64,000 nt of DNA from Ramazzottius varieornatus (GCA_001949185.1 BDGG01000003.1:2959158-3023157); one strand, 5' to 3'. Positions 49,643-62,676 are shown, counted from the first letter of the stretch. Translations and numbers: made by a program. The notes: generated by a model from the sequence alone, not told the origin.

Positions 49643-51339
49643 GTATATTTATCTCACAGTGGGATTTCTTGTTTTTCATTTTTGTCCTGATATTTTCCTC
49701 CGAATTCGTTCTCGTGGGTCCATTCACATTTTCATAGCGCCATGGTTTTGTTTTGTGCTGTGCTGTGGTGGGCACCTGTGACTTGCTTCTTGCTTTTTTA
49801 ACTTCATTGTTTCCATTATAACTGTGAGTTCCCGAATAATGATATGGAACCTACAGTATAGTTCGTGACACATTTCTATTCATGAGCGTTTAACAGACGC
49901 TGATTTTCTCTCTGAAGAGGTTCTGCACGCTTCGGGTGTCAGTTTACTGTCTATTTGAGAAATAAACAACAACGAAGTGTTGTTTATTCTCCATGCCGGC
50001 TCGCTCGTAATGACGAGCAACCGAACAGTGTTGTCATAACACAGTACTAGTTATGTTGTAGGTGAGTCCTACGGCACCAGGATTCCCTCTTATGCCCGTG
50101 AACGGTCGATTTCATCAAAACACTTAAGGCAGTGGAACGAAATGCCTATACCAAAACGGCGGATGAGCTTCAAGAAAGCCATTGGAATGGTTCCCGCCGA
50201 CTCCACCGAGATAGTCTTGGAGGAGGATCTCCATGGACGGAACGTCATCACTTCGGCCTCTTCTACCGTTGGTTAACGAACCGAATGCGTTTGCTTAATT
50301 TATTCAGCTCATGCGTCATGCGATAATTAGCTCATTGTCGACAGCCTCAACGAGTTCAACTTTGATGGAACACGTACATGTGAACCTACAGTAGGTTCCC
50401 GTGTGTCCCAGTCATTCAAATCATACGCTGTACCAACTCTACGAACGTCCGGGCTGGTCGAAGTAACGCTCAGAGTAGGACTTGCTGTGTTCTTGATGGT
50501 CGTTTCCTGAGGCTCGCTTGCTTTTCGAGGACCTGGAGCTCAGTCAGAAGGTGCATATTTCTAGCGACTATCGGCACACAAGGCTTGACTTGTGGAGCCC
50601 GCTCTTCCAGCAGTACTTTGTACAGAGCCTAAAAGTCTCATCCGGGCTCTTCGTTGGAATGTTTGGTTCTCTGTGCGAGTCTTCATACAGCATGTCAGCC
50701 AGGAGGTTTTCGTCTGGCGGTTCTAACAGGAAGTTCACTAACACTGGTCACGCTTCCGCCTAGCTGTACAAGGGTCGATACTCTTTGCTCGTCAACTTCT
50801 AAATTTCAGTGCTTCCCGGACATACGTTTCTTTCTATGGACGAGCTTGAGTTCTGATTTTGACTACTCCGCGTTTCCTTCCGAACCAATGCGGTCAACTT
50901 TCGCAAATTATTTTCTGTGTAAACTGATCGAAATTGATCAGATAATCGCGTGGACCAACAGTTGGAAGCTCTTAGCGTGAAGGTTGCCTTCTTTTTGCAA
51001 GAGGATTAACTCGGCACGCTGCCATTTTGGTAGTCGGCGGATCCAGTCCGCTTGGACTTTCTCGATGTTGTAGTGGGTCGCGTGTTTTCTGGTTCCAGAT
51101 TGGTATATACTTCCGCGTCTCGGTACGTGTACCCAAGCAGGAGAATGGCACCCCAGAAAGAGGAACTTGTCGCACCGGAAGTCAGGTCTGTTGTGGTTCC
51201 GCAGGTCGAGATGAGTTACTCCGACTGCCCAATAACTTTCTCTTCCCTAAGAACATCATACAAAAACCATCGTACGTTTTTTCGAGGATTCATGAAGCTT
51301 CTGGACAATCCGCCCTTTTTTTCGTGGTTTCCGAGTTCA

Positions 51340-52760
51340 CCTTACAGTCTTCGCTGCCTGCATCCGAGCGGCATGACCAGCCAAAGCTGGTCCGAAGGGC
51401 TTGTATCGACGCAAAGCCGGAAAATGTCGCGGGTCGAACTCGTGACGATGATCGGGAGGCTTCAGCTTGTTAGCCCATTCGCATATGAACCACACTTTTA
51501 CATAGCCTAAAACACAGATAGATGTTGGAAATGGACCGTAAGTTTGATGGATGGCTCAAGTACCTAGGCTGTCGGCAGTGAAGAGAAGCTCGTTGTGGTC
51601 GTCGGCACAGCAATGCAAGACGTAACTTCCGATCGAATGTCCAGCATGGAACAAGCTCTTCAAGCCGCCACCAGCAAGACACGTTGACCATCCTCGGGTG
51701 AATCCATCTGCCGAATTCGTCAACAAGGTCGCTACACTCGCATCCTCCCTTTCTCGTCTATCCAACAGGACCATGCAAGTGACCGCATCCCGCGTTGGTG
51801 GCGACACCGGATGGATTGTAAAGCTGGGCTCTTTGTTGTCGAAGTTGTCATCCCGTACCTTAGTCATCCGCCGGCCTGCTTGGTCTCCGCGCCATCAAGA
51901 AGATGTTCGACGATTCGAACCAGCGTCTGCTGGCCCAGTTCCGAAAGGAGATGGAGGACCATAATACACGCAAGGCCAAAGAAGAACAGGAGAATCGTCG
52001 CAAAAACCCTGAGTAAGATCTTTCTCAAACAGGTTAAAATCTTGATGCTCTAACGAATGATTGCTGCATAACTTTGCAGCACCATGTGTCTTTGTCCTTT
52101 GTGTTTGTATCATATCAATGTGATTCATGGAGAGATTGGTGTGATGAATTTTTATAATCGTGGATAGTGTTGTTTCGACTCATATTATCATTAAAATTAG
52201 TGATTGACGATTATTGTGATCAATGGTTGGAACTTGCGGTTATTCGGCAATAGGATGAAGTGGAGATCTTGTAATACTCCGGTGGTTCTTTGCGTGTGGA
52301 AAGTTGAAATGTTGAATGTAGGCACCTGCTTTAAGTTGGATGATGGTATACCAGTTGGGCGCACGAATGGAGTGAAGATCCTGAAGGAAAATTCGACGGA
52401 AGGAAAGATTCTGCAGCATAGAGGACTATGAGTTGGTTGCAGCTAATTTGTACTAAATTTGATTGGAAAGTCTAGACTGCTGACGCATGTCCTTAAGTCG
52501 CTTCACGTGTTGCCATCAGCACCCCAAACAGTATAAACGAAATGAGAGCACAATGCTCGATGTGTCCCTCGAAAGAATTTCTTGCCAGACGGTTAATCTA
52601 GCAAGGAAGGAAGGAGCAGGTGCAGCAAATGAACCTGACCAAGTCCTGTTGGACGTTCGGCCTGCATAACCAAGTGGAACAGTGGTCGGAACAGCCGCCA
52701 AGCTTGAGCCGATGAAACGACACCCGTCAAGATCACCTACGAGCAAACATATTATCCTGA
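51340..52760 (-). pseudogene. Fragmentary WD40 gene of the WDR49/EFCAB8/WDY type, probably decayed
   Basis: TLLTNSADGFTRGWS...LFHAGHSIGSYVLHCCADDHNELLFTADSLG|YVKVW across an intron. An in-frame TGA at 51895-51897 interrupts the exon, and flanking fragments do not join into a long ORF. Confidence 0.55.
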
Positions 52761-53006
52761 CGAAGCAGACACTCTCCTTCTGTCTCCTTTAATTCCGAGT
52801 GCGAAGCTCCAAAGATGAAGGCAAGGTCAGATTACCAGTTCAAATTAGTGAACAGATGCAGCCGGCTTTGAAATCTGTCTTTGTAAATTAATTTTACTGA
52901 CGCTAAACGAGCATCGATTTCTGTCATCAGTCGCCTTCGCCCTTAGAACGTAGAAATGCTGTGGTCGCTAACATCATCGCGCCGCAGAAACCAACTTTTG
53001 GAATTT

Positions 53007-53128
53007 GAGGGCTGGGCACAAAACGGACAAGGTTGATTCTTCTAGTGGCGCACGCTATCACTGGTATCGGCTAGAAGAATGCGCCACTTGGGTTAATGGT
53101 TTTGAACGTTTTGTTTGCCCGGCTCCCA
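53007..53128. mobile_element. Family A hairpin MITE
   Basis: GGGCTGGGCA...AGTGGCGCA...TGCGCCACT...TGCCCGGCTCCC. Confidence 0.75.
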
Positions 53129-53705
53129 CTTCTGGCACCGTACCGTTTAACTAAACGTAGTGACCGGTGCACGAACTTTCCCGAACACTTGCTCCGTGCA
53201 CGAACTCTGTCACGAACTTTGTTTCCGGGCACGAATCGATTGGTCTAGTTGCTGCTACAGTTGTACAAAGGCTATGGATGCTAAACACGAACTTCCTGAT
53301 ATAGATTTTCGAGAAGCCGTTTGCCTCGTCAATCTATCTCTCCGAACATGAAAAGGGTCATACTTTTGCTTCGTATGAAGAACAGAAACAAGCGAGTGCA
53401 CTTTCAGTATTGTTTCGAAGCGGAAAGCATACGTACTCGACGGCGCGGCGATTCTATCGAATTCAATGGGACTGGCAGGTTGCGCAGGAATACGTGGAAA
53501 ATCGGAAGTTCTTGTAGACCTTCTCCCGATTTTTTCGGATTTTCTCTGATTTCCCGGTGTTTTTGGTCATGTCGTATGTCAGGTCATGTTACTTGCCATA
53601 TCATGCCGCGAAAGGCGTGGCCTGTCATGCTGTATGATATGACATGACATGACACGACACAATATGTGAGCGGTTCCAATCTACCACAGCTTGATTTTTG
53701 ATTGA

Positions 53706-53737
53706 TCGGCAAATTGGGTAGCTACCCAATTTGCCGA
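53706..53737. repeat. Perfect 32-bp palindrome
   Basis: TCGGCAAATTGGGTAG|CTACCCAATTTGCCGA. Confidence 0.9.
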
Positions 53738-55540
53738 CCTGCTGTTCCGCCTCTGTACACTTTGTTTTCTTCCGGGCTTCTACCAGTGGTCAGCCCAGCA
53801 AGATCAGTGGAATCGCCATAGCGTCACAATCAACCAACGAATCAATGACAAATAACGGTACGTCATTGGCCATGGTCACAAGGTTCGCTCCCTCGTACAC
53901 ATCAAAAGTCTGTTTAAATTTCTGGACTCATTGAGGCAAGTCATTTCTTTCGAATTATGCGAGTGCTGCGCAGCGAATTCAGCGAATTTTCGAATTTTGC
54001 GAATTTTGATGGTCGTAATTCCTGTCCGAACGACAGGATACTTCTCACAGGTACATCAAAAGTGTGATACCTCTCGAGCGTGTGATACCAGCAGCAGCGA
54101 TTCGGGAATAAACGCCGTCAGCGCGTATATGCGGACAAGCTTTGTAAGCCGTCGTCCATGGCGTGGACAAACGAAAATGAAAGCTGCGTCGAACCCTTAT
54201 CAGCATTTACAGCCATTCTTCCCAGCCAAGTCGTTAACACCTTCCTGAGCAATCCAGTCTAAAGTCGGCCAAGCGTACAGTTAACTTCCTCAAAACAATT
54301 TCCACCAGAGCAACCGACACGAACGACCTCCTCTCCTTCGCTTTCTTCCATCTACCACTGAAAACTTTTCCGCCTTTACCAAGCCAACACGGCTCTCATT
54401 GGCTCTCAACAAACTTTTTACATCGTACACTCAACACCACTTCGTCGTACTGCCTTTCCGCGTACGCCACTCGTTCCAGCAACAGACAACGCAAACCAAC
54501 GCAAGAACCCTCCTTAATATTCTGCTCAACGGCTCGAACATATTCTCTCAACAGGAGTCCATCCCCCACTAAACCCCTCATTACAAACCCTTGTGAGAAT
54601 CTCTAACATGGCACAGCAACCCGGAATTGAACGGAGTAATTTAGGCTGAGAGCCACCATAACTTAGCAGTCGCCCCACTCTCTGCCAGTCCCGAAATACA
54701 AGGGTCATTTCCACCTGCTCCTCGCATCACACCCGGCAAAAAGAAGCAACATCTGTAGAAGCTGGAGTACCTAAGAATGCAGTGTTCAAAACATCAGAGC
54801 GGTGAAATTCCTCAGCCTTGCAGCAAGAAGGGGCAATTTAGCGCAGAACCCGAAGCACGAAACAATGATTGAGCATCTTCACAAACTCGTACTCCTTCAT
54901 ACTTTTCTCCAGTGATACGAATAAAATCTGAATGGCAGGATTTCGTTTTCTGACCTCGACAGAGCGTGTTCATTGCTTGTGGAAACTCAAGGTCGTGCCC
55001 AAGTTCGTGCACGTAGCCTCGATCCTAACTAAATTTTTTGATTTGGTCCAGTAGCTGCTTTTGGACTTTGGAATTGACCATTTCTTTCGGATCTTCAGAA
55101 TTGCGCTCATTTCGTTCTAATGGATAGGAAAGATAACTCAGCAATGGGAGAAAAGTAGGAAATGAAACAAGTTTATCTGCAACAGTTCAGCTGGTGCACC
55201 TGTCGCGAAAAAGGCACAGTTCATCTAGGCAAAGAATGCAACTAAGACATGCTTTGAATGAAAGGATAGGAAAATGGTAAGCTTATCAAAGGGCGTGGTG
55301 GACGGTGTCCAGCCGGCGGTCATTTTAGCAGTGACTAGAAGGCTACTCTGCGGCAGTATGCAATACCACCGCTACTTGAAGAAAATGTCCAGACAGGTCG
55401 CGTGCGGCTAATTATCGGACACACATGCGCCTCAAACATAAACACAGACTCATTCAAGCGAAACGGACATCACAAAACCGGACATGGTATAATGGCAGAT
55501 CTAGAAATACTGTAGACTATAGCATAGGCAGTTATGGCTT

Positions 55541-57070
55541 TCAGACCAGGGTTCCTTCCACCTCACAACAGGACGTGGCTCCCGAGCTTCCCGGTCGACA
55601 ACTTCCATTTTGGTGCTTGTTGAGCAAAGACATGCGCGAAAAGGTTTTACTGCAAATTTGACACTTGTACTTCTTAATGTCAGCGTGCGTCTGCAGGTGT
55701 GCCCGCAGATTACTCCGGTCAGCAAAGGGGCGCATACACTGTGGACATTGGAAAGGCTTCTCTCCCGAATGCGTACGCATGTGTCCTGCAAAATAAAATT
55801 GGCTCTTAGATGTCTCACACTGGAGAAATGTCTTACATTTTCCAGAAGAGTTCATAGTATAGCCATGGTTTTGTAATTACACGGTCTGCACTACAATTAA
55901 TTCCCGATTGTTTGAGAACCTTTACGGTGAGAGGCTGATCGTGTTCTTCGCAATCAGGGATTTTTCTACGAATTTTTTTACTGATTGTTTATCATGGTCA
56001 ATTCTTCATTCAGATCTGCTTACCTTGTAGGAGCCAAGGGCGGCTGAACCTTCGGCCACAAACGGTGCACTGGTTGGGCAAAGTGTGGGTTCTCATATGC
56101 ATCTTCAAAGCTCCAATAGTCCCGTAAACCTTATCGCAAAACTTGCACTTGAAGGTTTGCTGATGAAGGACCATGCAGTAAAACTCCCTATGCTTCGTCA
56201 ATCCGGACATAGTCGAATAGCACTTCTTGCACTCGGGACATTGGTACCTCATCGTCGATTTTCTACTGGGTTTCTCATGGGTCTCCGACGGTTCCCCTTC
56301 TGTCCGCATCTCCTCATCTTCCACATCCTTGTCTTCCTCAATATGAAAGCTGACTTTCTTACAAGGATTACCCAGGATAGTGTCAATATCGAAGGCGGTG
56401 TTGGAAGACTTGGCTTTGGGCGTGGGACATCCGGAAGGCGAGTGGGGCGGCAGGTAGAAGGACGGGGCGTGGTATGGCCGGAACGCGGCGGGACCTGACG
56501 GGGACCAGTGTGAGGGTGCGCGACTGGTGCCACAAGTCAGGAACGCCGTGGTGGAAAATGGAGGGAAGTTATTGTTTATCCAGAGGGATTCCGGATGTTT
56601 GGTAGAGAGTGGCTGACGCTGGTACAAGTGAGCAGGAGGCAGAGTAGCCGTTGGTAAACCCACTGGAGGCCAGGGAGTATTGGGAGAGGGAAAGTAGGGA
56701 ATACTCGACGGACGGGATTTGTGTTCTTTCAAGGGCGTATCTGTCATGAAAAATATTCTGAATGTACAATTTGGTTTAGCAAAGATTTGAATTAAAGGCG
56801 GGCGAACAAGCTCGGAATGGCCGTTATCCAAGTGGCGCAAGCTTCGAGCAGGCAACAACGAGAACTGCGCCACTTGAGGTACAAGTGATAAAGCGATAAA
56901 ATATTTTCGGATTTTCCGGAAACAATTTTTGCACAACCTAGGAGATTCAAGGACTTGGCGGGCCAGGGCTTACCGGTTTTGGGAGGGAAGGCTAGTTCCA
57001 TGGCCGCGAGACTGGGACCTTCTGCAGCATGATGGAGCTTTTTTTTGAAAAGGCGGAAGGCATTCGGCAT
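55541..57070 (-). CDS. snail: Snail/escargot-family zinc-finger repressor (5 fingers); exons 57070-56974, 56740-56024, 55785-55541
   Basis: [66 protein letters not shown]; SNAG-like start [11 protein letters not shown]. Confidence 0.93.
56797..56890. mobile_element. Family A hairpin MITE (Snail intron 1)
   Basis: CAAGTGGCGCA...TGCGCCACTTG core. Confidence 0.7.
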
Positions 57071-57662
57071 GGTGTATCAAAATCGGATCGGTACAAATGT
57101 TGGAAGTTAAAAAGTACGGGTGGTTCAATGAGATTTCATTCGGGCAGCCGCGATAAAGAAGAGAGATATTTGTCAGGTGCGGAATGAAACAGATTTCGAA
57201 TGAAAGTGAACTCTTGGGCTCGTTGAAGAAGGCATTTATAAGTAAGCGGATGCCTTGACATGTGCTGGTGGGGAACGCACAAGCTGGCCTTGCTCTCTCA
57301 CAGGAAGCCACGCCCTGTGCTTAGCGCTGACCGGTGGTCACTGGTGGCTCTTCTTCATCATTGGTACGAGTAGTCATTCGATCGCCACAATGAATTATCA
57401 AGCAATTGTCTTTGGCACGCGCTGAAAGGCGGCGATATTCAAATATCGTACAGCGAAGATTTGATACCCGCCTCTGACTGCAGATCTACCCCAAGCAGAT
57501 CTCGGCGGATGAACTTCCGAAAAGCTAACAGAGGCGTTCTTAAACTCTTCAAACGCGGGAGATTACCGTTCACAGCTTCACTTTAAAGAAATGTCCAAAA
57601 TATTGAAAGTTTCGGGGATCGATAGTCGGTACTTCCTGCTATGTTTATTTCAGATATCAGTT

Positions 57663-57756
57663 GGGAGCCCAACAAACAATCCAGTTCCTAACAAATGACA
57701 GGCGAAACTGCGCCACTTGAGGTGTGGACCATCCCGAGACTGTTTGTCGGCTTCCC
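57663..57756. mobile_element. Family A hairpin MITE, internally deleted
   Basis: GGGAGCCCAACAAACA...TGCGCCACTTG...TGTTTGTCGGCTTCCC. Confidence 0.55.
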
Positions 57757-58245
57757 TTATGTTATTTTTTGCAAAATAGGCCTTTGCAAAATAGGCATGT
57801 TGTCTAAGACTTAGGCTTTCATTTAGGCCACACAGTTTTAAGAAGTGTCAACAGGTGCAGTCGCACTGGTCAGATGTTCCTGCTTGATGCGCACCCATCA
57901 TGGTCGGTGTCTGGGTGTCGATATCACCTGCTCGATTTCTAAAATGATACTTGAACCCAGAGATATACTTGAGAAGTGCGCCAGCCGGTTTACTTCGAGT
58001 GCCATAAGACAGTCCTGCTTCGTAACAGGAAAAATTCCATTCAAATTTCCATGGACCGCACCCAACCGTTTAGATAGCACTGTAACGGTATAAACACTGC
58101 CACCGAAAAACACTTGGCAAACTGGAAAGGCTTGTCATATCACACACAGGGCAGACAAGAGGATGTAAACATCTTCTCACTTGAGAGAAGAATTCGTTTT
58201 TTGAGCGTGAAAGCCAAACCAGAAATTTTAGCAGTCCGAGAGCCG

Positions 58246-58309
58246 CTCACATGCCTGCATACATTTGGTTGGTTCGAAAGCAAGAAATATCTGTATGTAG
58301 GTAGATGAG
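58246..58309. repeat. Family D mini-hairpin
   Basis: CTCACATGCCTGCATAC-N30-GTATGTAGGTAGATGAG. Confidence 0.6.
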
Positions 58310-58876
58310 ATACAAACCAGGCTGGTTAGCTGACCTTCCAGAGGTTTGCAGCATAGTTTCCGGTACAATGGTGCTGTTGGTATCATCGTTTGCCTGGGAA
58401 AACACTCCCGCATATCTTCTTCCTCACTAGGCAGGAGAAATGTCGAAGTTAGAGGCCGAGAAGCGCTGCACCAATTGTCAAATTCTCATACAAGTTCGTC
58501 ACGTCCCATGTGGATATTACGGCAATTTGTCGTAACGAGTCAATCGGCATTATGAACTTCCTGCTTGGAAATTGTGGGAACATTCTGCTGCATCACTTAG
58601 ACATGGCATCTTCGTGCTCGACATTGACTATGACCAGAGCCATTTTAAAATGGGCGCGATATCTGATCTGCAAAATCATGTGAAACAACGGGTATGAAAG
58701 CGATGGAAATCTGATACCAATCATAAGCACACGATTCATGCTGACCAGTCTCTTGTTTCAATGACTAATTGCTTTTGTAATTGGTTGGGCCGTTGATAAC
58801 GCTCTGGCAAAGACTACGCAACATTTCCCCTTGTATTCGAAAGTTTTAGTAGTCGATTTATTACTTCGGTACATAT

Positions 58877-58981
58877 TTGAGCAAACAACGTACAAAATCG
58901 TTGTCCTTACTGGCGCACTCTTCCGGCCAAGTGCGCCACTTTGAGACAATAATTTTGTATGTTTTGTTTGCCCAGCTCCCC
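58877..58981. mobile_element. Family A hairpin MITE with shortened (14-nt) spacer
   Basis: GCAAACAACGTACAAAAT...TGGCGCAC...GTGCGCCA...TGTTTGCCCAGCTCCC. Confidence 0.7.
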
Positions 58982-60607
58982 TTGGAAGTTCAGAATTGCC
59001 GGGGAAAAAATCAGAATGCTTTTTAAACTATTCTTAAGCTCAAATCTATAATATGGGGAACAATTTTTGATAGAATTTCGTTTCTGGAGTTTTCGTGACA
59101 TTTTCAGACACCAGGAAGTGGTTGCTGGTTCGTGGCGCAACTCAAGTGGGGGAAAAGCCGGTTGGTTTCGGGAGTGATGCCTGCACCTTGTAACATGTCA
59201 AGTACAACGGTCGCGCTTGTGCATATTTTACATATTGGATGATTGTGTATGGATATGCATGGAGGAAGGAAATGCTGGCCGTATGTCGTTCGGTCAGAGA
59301 GGAAGAAGGGAGCAACCGGGAAGATGGAGCAGCATGATGGCGGTGATGGAAGCAGAATATGTAAGTATATTGGCGAACTTTAAGGTGGGTAGTTGGAGAG
59401 TTGGCCCATTATCAAGGGGATGCAACTTGAAGCAGGTGTTGAGCACAGATCATTTTTGAATGAATTGTACAGTCAGCACACATATGCAATGTTCCCTTTC
59501 TGCATGCCAACCTCAAAGTCATCTTGCTTGACGCGACACCTGCTTCCACCCATTCTTAGCCTTCCTTCTGTTCCATATTCTTCAAACTTTAGAACGGCCT
59601 GCTTGCCTCAGTTGCTGACATACACTTTCCATCCGATCGACTGGCCTTCAAATGAATTTCACCCAATTTAAACTGCGTTAAGCGAAAATGTCAGATGGGC
59701 GTTTGTCTTCGTTGTGGTATCTGATATGGATCCATAGTCTACGCCGTGGATTCTTAACAGAAGGAGCAAACGGAAAAGGTTGAGGAAGACATTCCTCGGT
59801 TGGGTGGCGTCAGCCTTCATTGTTTCGTGCATGAAACTAAAGGTCAATTTCGGATCATACCTACCACACGGTATTTCTGCTCGAATTTCCATCACAAGAC
59901 AGTTCCCATGTGAAGCATTCACATATTTGTTGAATCCCTAATACCCTGAAATCAAATCTCAATTTTCAGTGAGAATCTACCTTCGTATGAGGCATATACA
60001 ACGAAAAGCTAAACGCAAACGCTATGAACGCTATGGTATTTCATTGCGAGGTAAACAATGAAGTCATTTGAATAGAAAGTTATGGGTAATATACCCACAC
60101 GAAATACCGTGACCTTCGATGTCATAAGTGTCACGATCAAAAACCGCAACACTTTACGTCGAAAACACGTAAACGGTCAACTAAGAAAATGAATTGGTGC
60201 TAATTTCCAGACGTCCATGGAAAATCCCAACGGAAAAGGGCGTGGTTTTAAATCTTTTTTTCATCTCGCTGTGTCCGCCGAATTTCTACATTAGATATTT
60301 TTCTGCAGGTGATGTTTCCGACACCAGAGGTCAAATCTTTTATACTCTCTAAATGGGTTTTGGTTGGGAGATGACACTCTGTAGAACAAAAGGACAAAAT
60401 GGATTAGCGTAGCGGGTGGGGATTAATTGAGATGCTCATACCAAGACCATCTAGTTGGTCTTGCTCATATCAATCTTATGCTCTTATTGCTCCAAAGATT
60501 AATTATCCGCGGAAGAATGACCTGTTATAAAGACGGCTATTCAATCATACCATTCAGCTACACGTTGAACGATTGACTTATGGCACCTCGGGATATTTCA
60601 ATATTTT

Positions 60608-60812
60608 GGACGTCGGCAAATGGCCTGAACATGGTTGATTTTCCAGTGGCGCACACGTCGAGCTAGTAACACTGAGAATATGCGCCACTTGGGACAACAA
60701 TCAAACGCGATAAGATCGTTTCCCAGGTGGCGCACAGTTTCGGCCAATGATAAAGAAAACGTGCGGCACTTGTGATAACTTTGATGTTGAGTTTAGTTTA
60801 CTCCAAATGTCC
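60608..60812. mobile_element. Family A element with a tandemly duplicated core
   Basis: Two consecutive GTGGCGCA...TGCGSCACTTG cores. Confidence 0.7.
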
Positions 60813-61404
60813 GTTACGATATAATATTTGGTAAAGATATAGAGGGAACAGGTGGAGACTGCACATTGAGTTGTCTATGGGGAATGACACCGAACGTGTT
60901 GAAATATGCGTTCCAGATCGTCATCTTATGTCAGACTGGTGCGAATGCTAAATTATGAGTCGTACACTACATCATCTTCTGCCAGCCTCGAATTTCGTCC
61001 TTGAAAGTTCGACTAATAGTCCTATATAGATCGTCTATCAGAGAACAAATGAAGGATGCGTGGCAGGAGATGATGTCACTTTCGTCACGTCTGGCTCACT
61101 TGATGATAAACGGCCTCACAAACTACCATCCTCAAACTACGCAAGGCAAGAGTTACTTAGGGTTACTTACAGCGTGGTATCCACAATATGACAAGACGTA
61201 GTTCTGGCCTGGAACATGCATCTTTCATCGCGCAAACAGACCTTGGTCCAGTTGCGCAATTCATGGGCTGCTAGACATCGCTTCCTTGTCGTCGTCTTCT
61301 CGCACTCCAACCACACTTGTGCAGCATTCCTGTCAAAAACATTAGAAAAATACAGAAACGCTGAGTGTCCATCACGAAAAATGAAAAGATATTCAGAAAA
61401 CATT

Positions 61405-61529
61405 TGGAAGATGCGCAAATGAACTGAGCCAGATCGTTTTCCCAAGTGGCGTACAGTCCCAGCCAAAACCAATGAAAATATGCCCCACTTGATATCATGA
61501 TGCGGTTTGGTTCCGTTGCCCACGTCCCA
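61405..61529. mobile_element. Family A hairpin MITE
   Basis: CCAGATCGTTTTCCCAAGTGGCGTA...TGCCCCACTTG. Confidence 0.7.
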
Positions 61530-62676
61530 ATCGACGCTTTTTTGAATGAATTCTCTGGTGAAAACCAATTTCAGAAAACTAGCCATTTCAGATTTCAGAA
61601 TTTCAGAAAACCAGCTAACTGAAGACATATTTGCATTTAACGAATATCGCTATGGTTTGTGGTACGAATACTACGGAAGTTTTGTTGTTATTCTTCGATG
61701 TCTGGTCAAGAAAGAAAACTAACAGCCGCAGGCAGACAGCATGCCCTATTGCATAAGTACCTCAGCTGGACATGTTGCATTGCGTCAGGCAATTTAGTCC
61801 ACTCGATTGCTTTTTTGTGCTGAGGCTAAGCTGCGACTTGTTTTCTCACTTGTCCCAGCGGTAGTGTCTTCGGTTGAGGAATGGCGCAATGAATGACAGA
61901 CAACGACATATGTCTGATCGCTCTCGTTGCACCTGGCCGTTGAGGTCATCCTTCCCTACAACGAACAAAGCAGAGTAGTAATTAAGCAGTCAGCGATTGC
62001 GAATTAATTATGCAAAGAAGCTGGGATCACTGGCCGGCAGAAACAGCCATTTGGGCCGGACAATTGCCGTATCAGCGCCACGTTTACTCATTGAAAGGTG
62101 CAAAGAATGGCACCTGCGTATACTACGCTGGCAGGAGGACGGGAAAAAAGTGAACGACCTCACATCTGTATTATACCTGAAACGCTGATGAACGGTTGAC
62201 TTTATCGTCGGCGAACGTCTTCCCATTGTCTCCTGCAACCTGCAACTTACGTAAGGCCGGACGAAGTGGCCGACCACATGTGCATTCATCCATTCTTCTT
62301 CCATCGGTTGGATGGTGCTCGTCTGCCACCTTCGGCAGGTTAAATGACCTTCCAAATAAACTGTGATGATCCAACATGATGCAATGGATCACAAAAAATG
62401 CGTTGTTTTCTATCAACAAGTACCTTGCGGAGCCATGAAGGGCTTGTTGCCAAAAAAGACAGCCTACCCGATAAAGTCGCGCGGTTTCCGCCGACTTCGC
62501 TGCTACAGTTGGCAACCTGCACAAAAAGTCAAAGATGAGAACTTATATCTGTAAAGATCCAGAGTATAAAACAAAAAGTGGGCTAGCTGAACAGTAGAAA
62601 GTAGCAGAAGCAGTACCTCACTATTGTCCGAAGCTGATTTCTGGTTCGTGGAAGACTTTCTTCTGGCCTACCCGAT

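Noticed and set aside
51895-51897. In-frame TGA as selenocysteine or programmed readthrough
   Set aside because: It is not at a Cys-like catalytic position, no SECIS was recognised, and neighbouring fragments are also disrupted.
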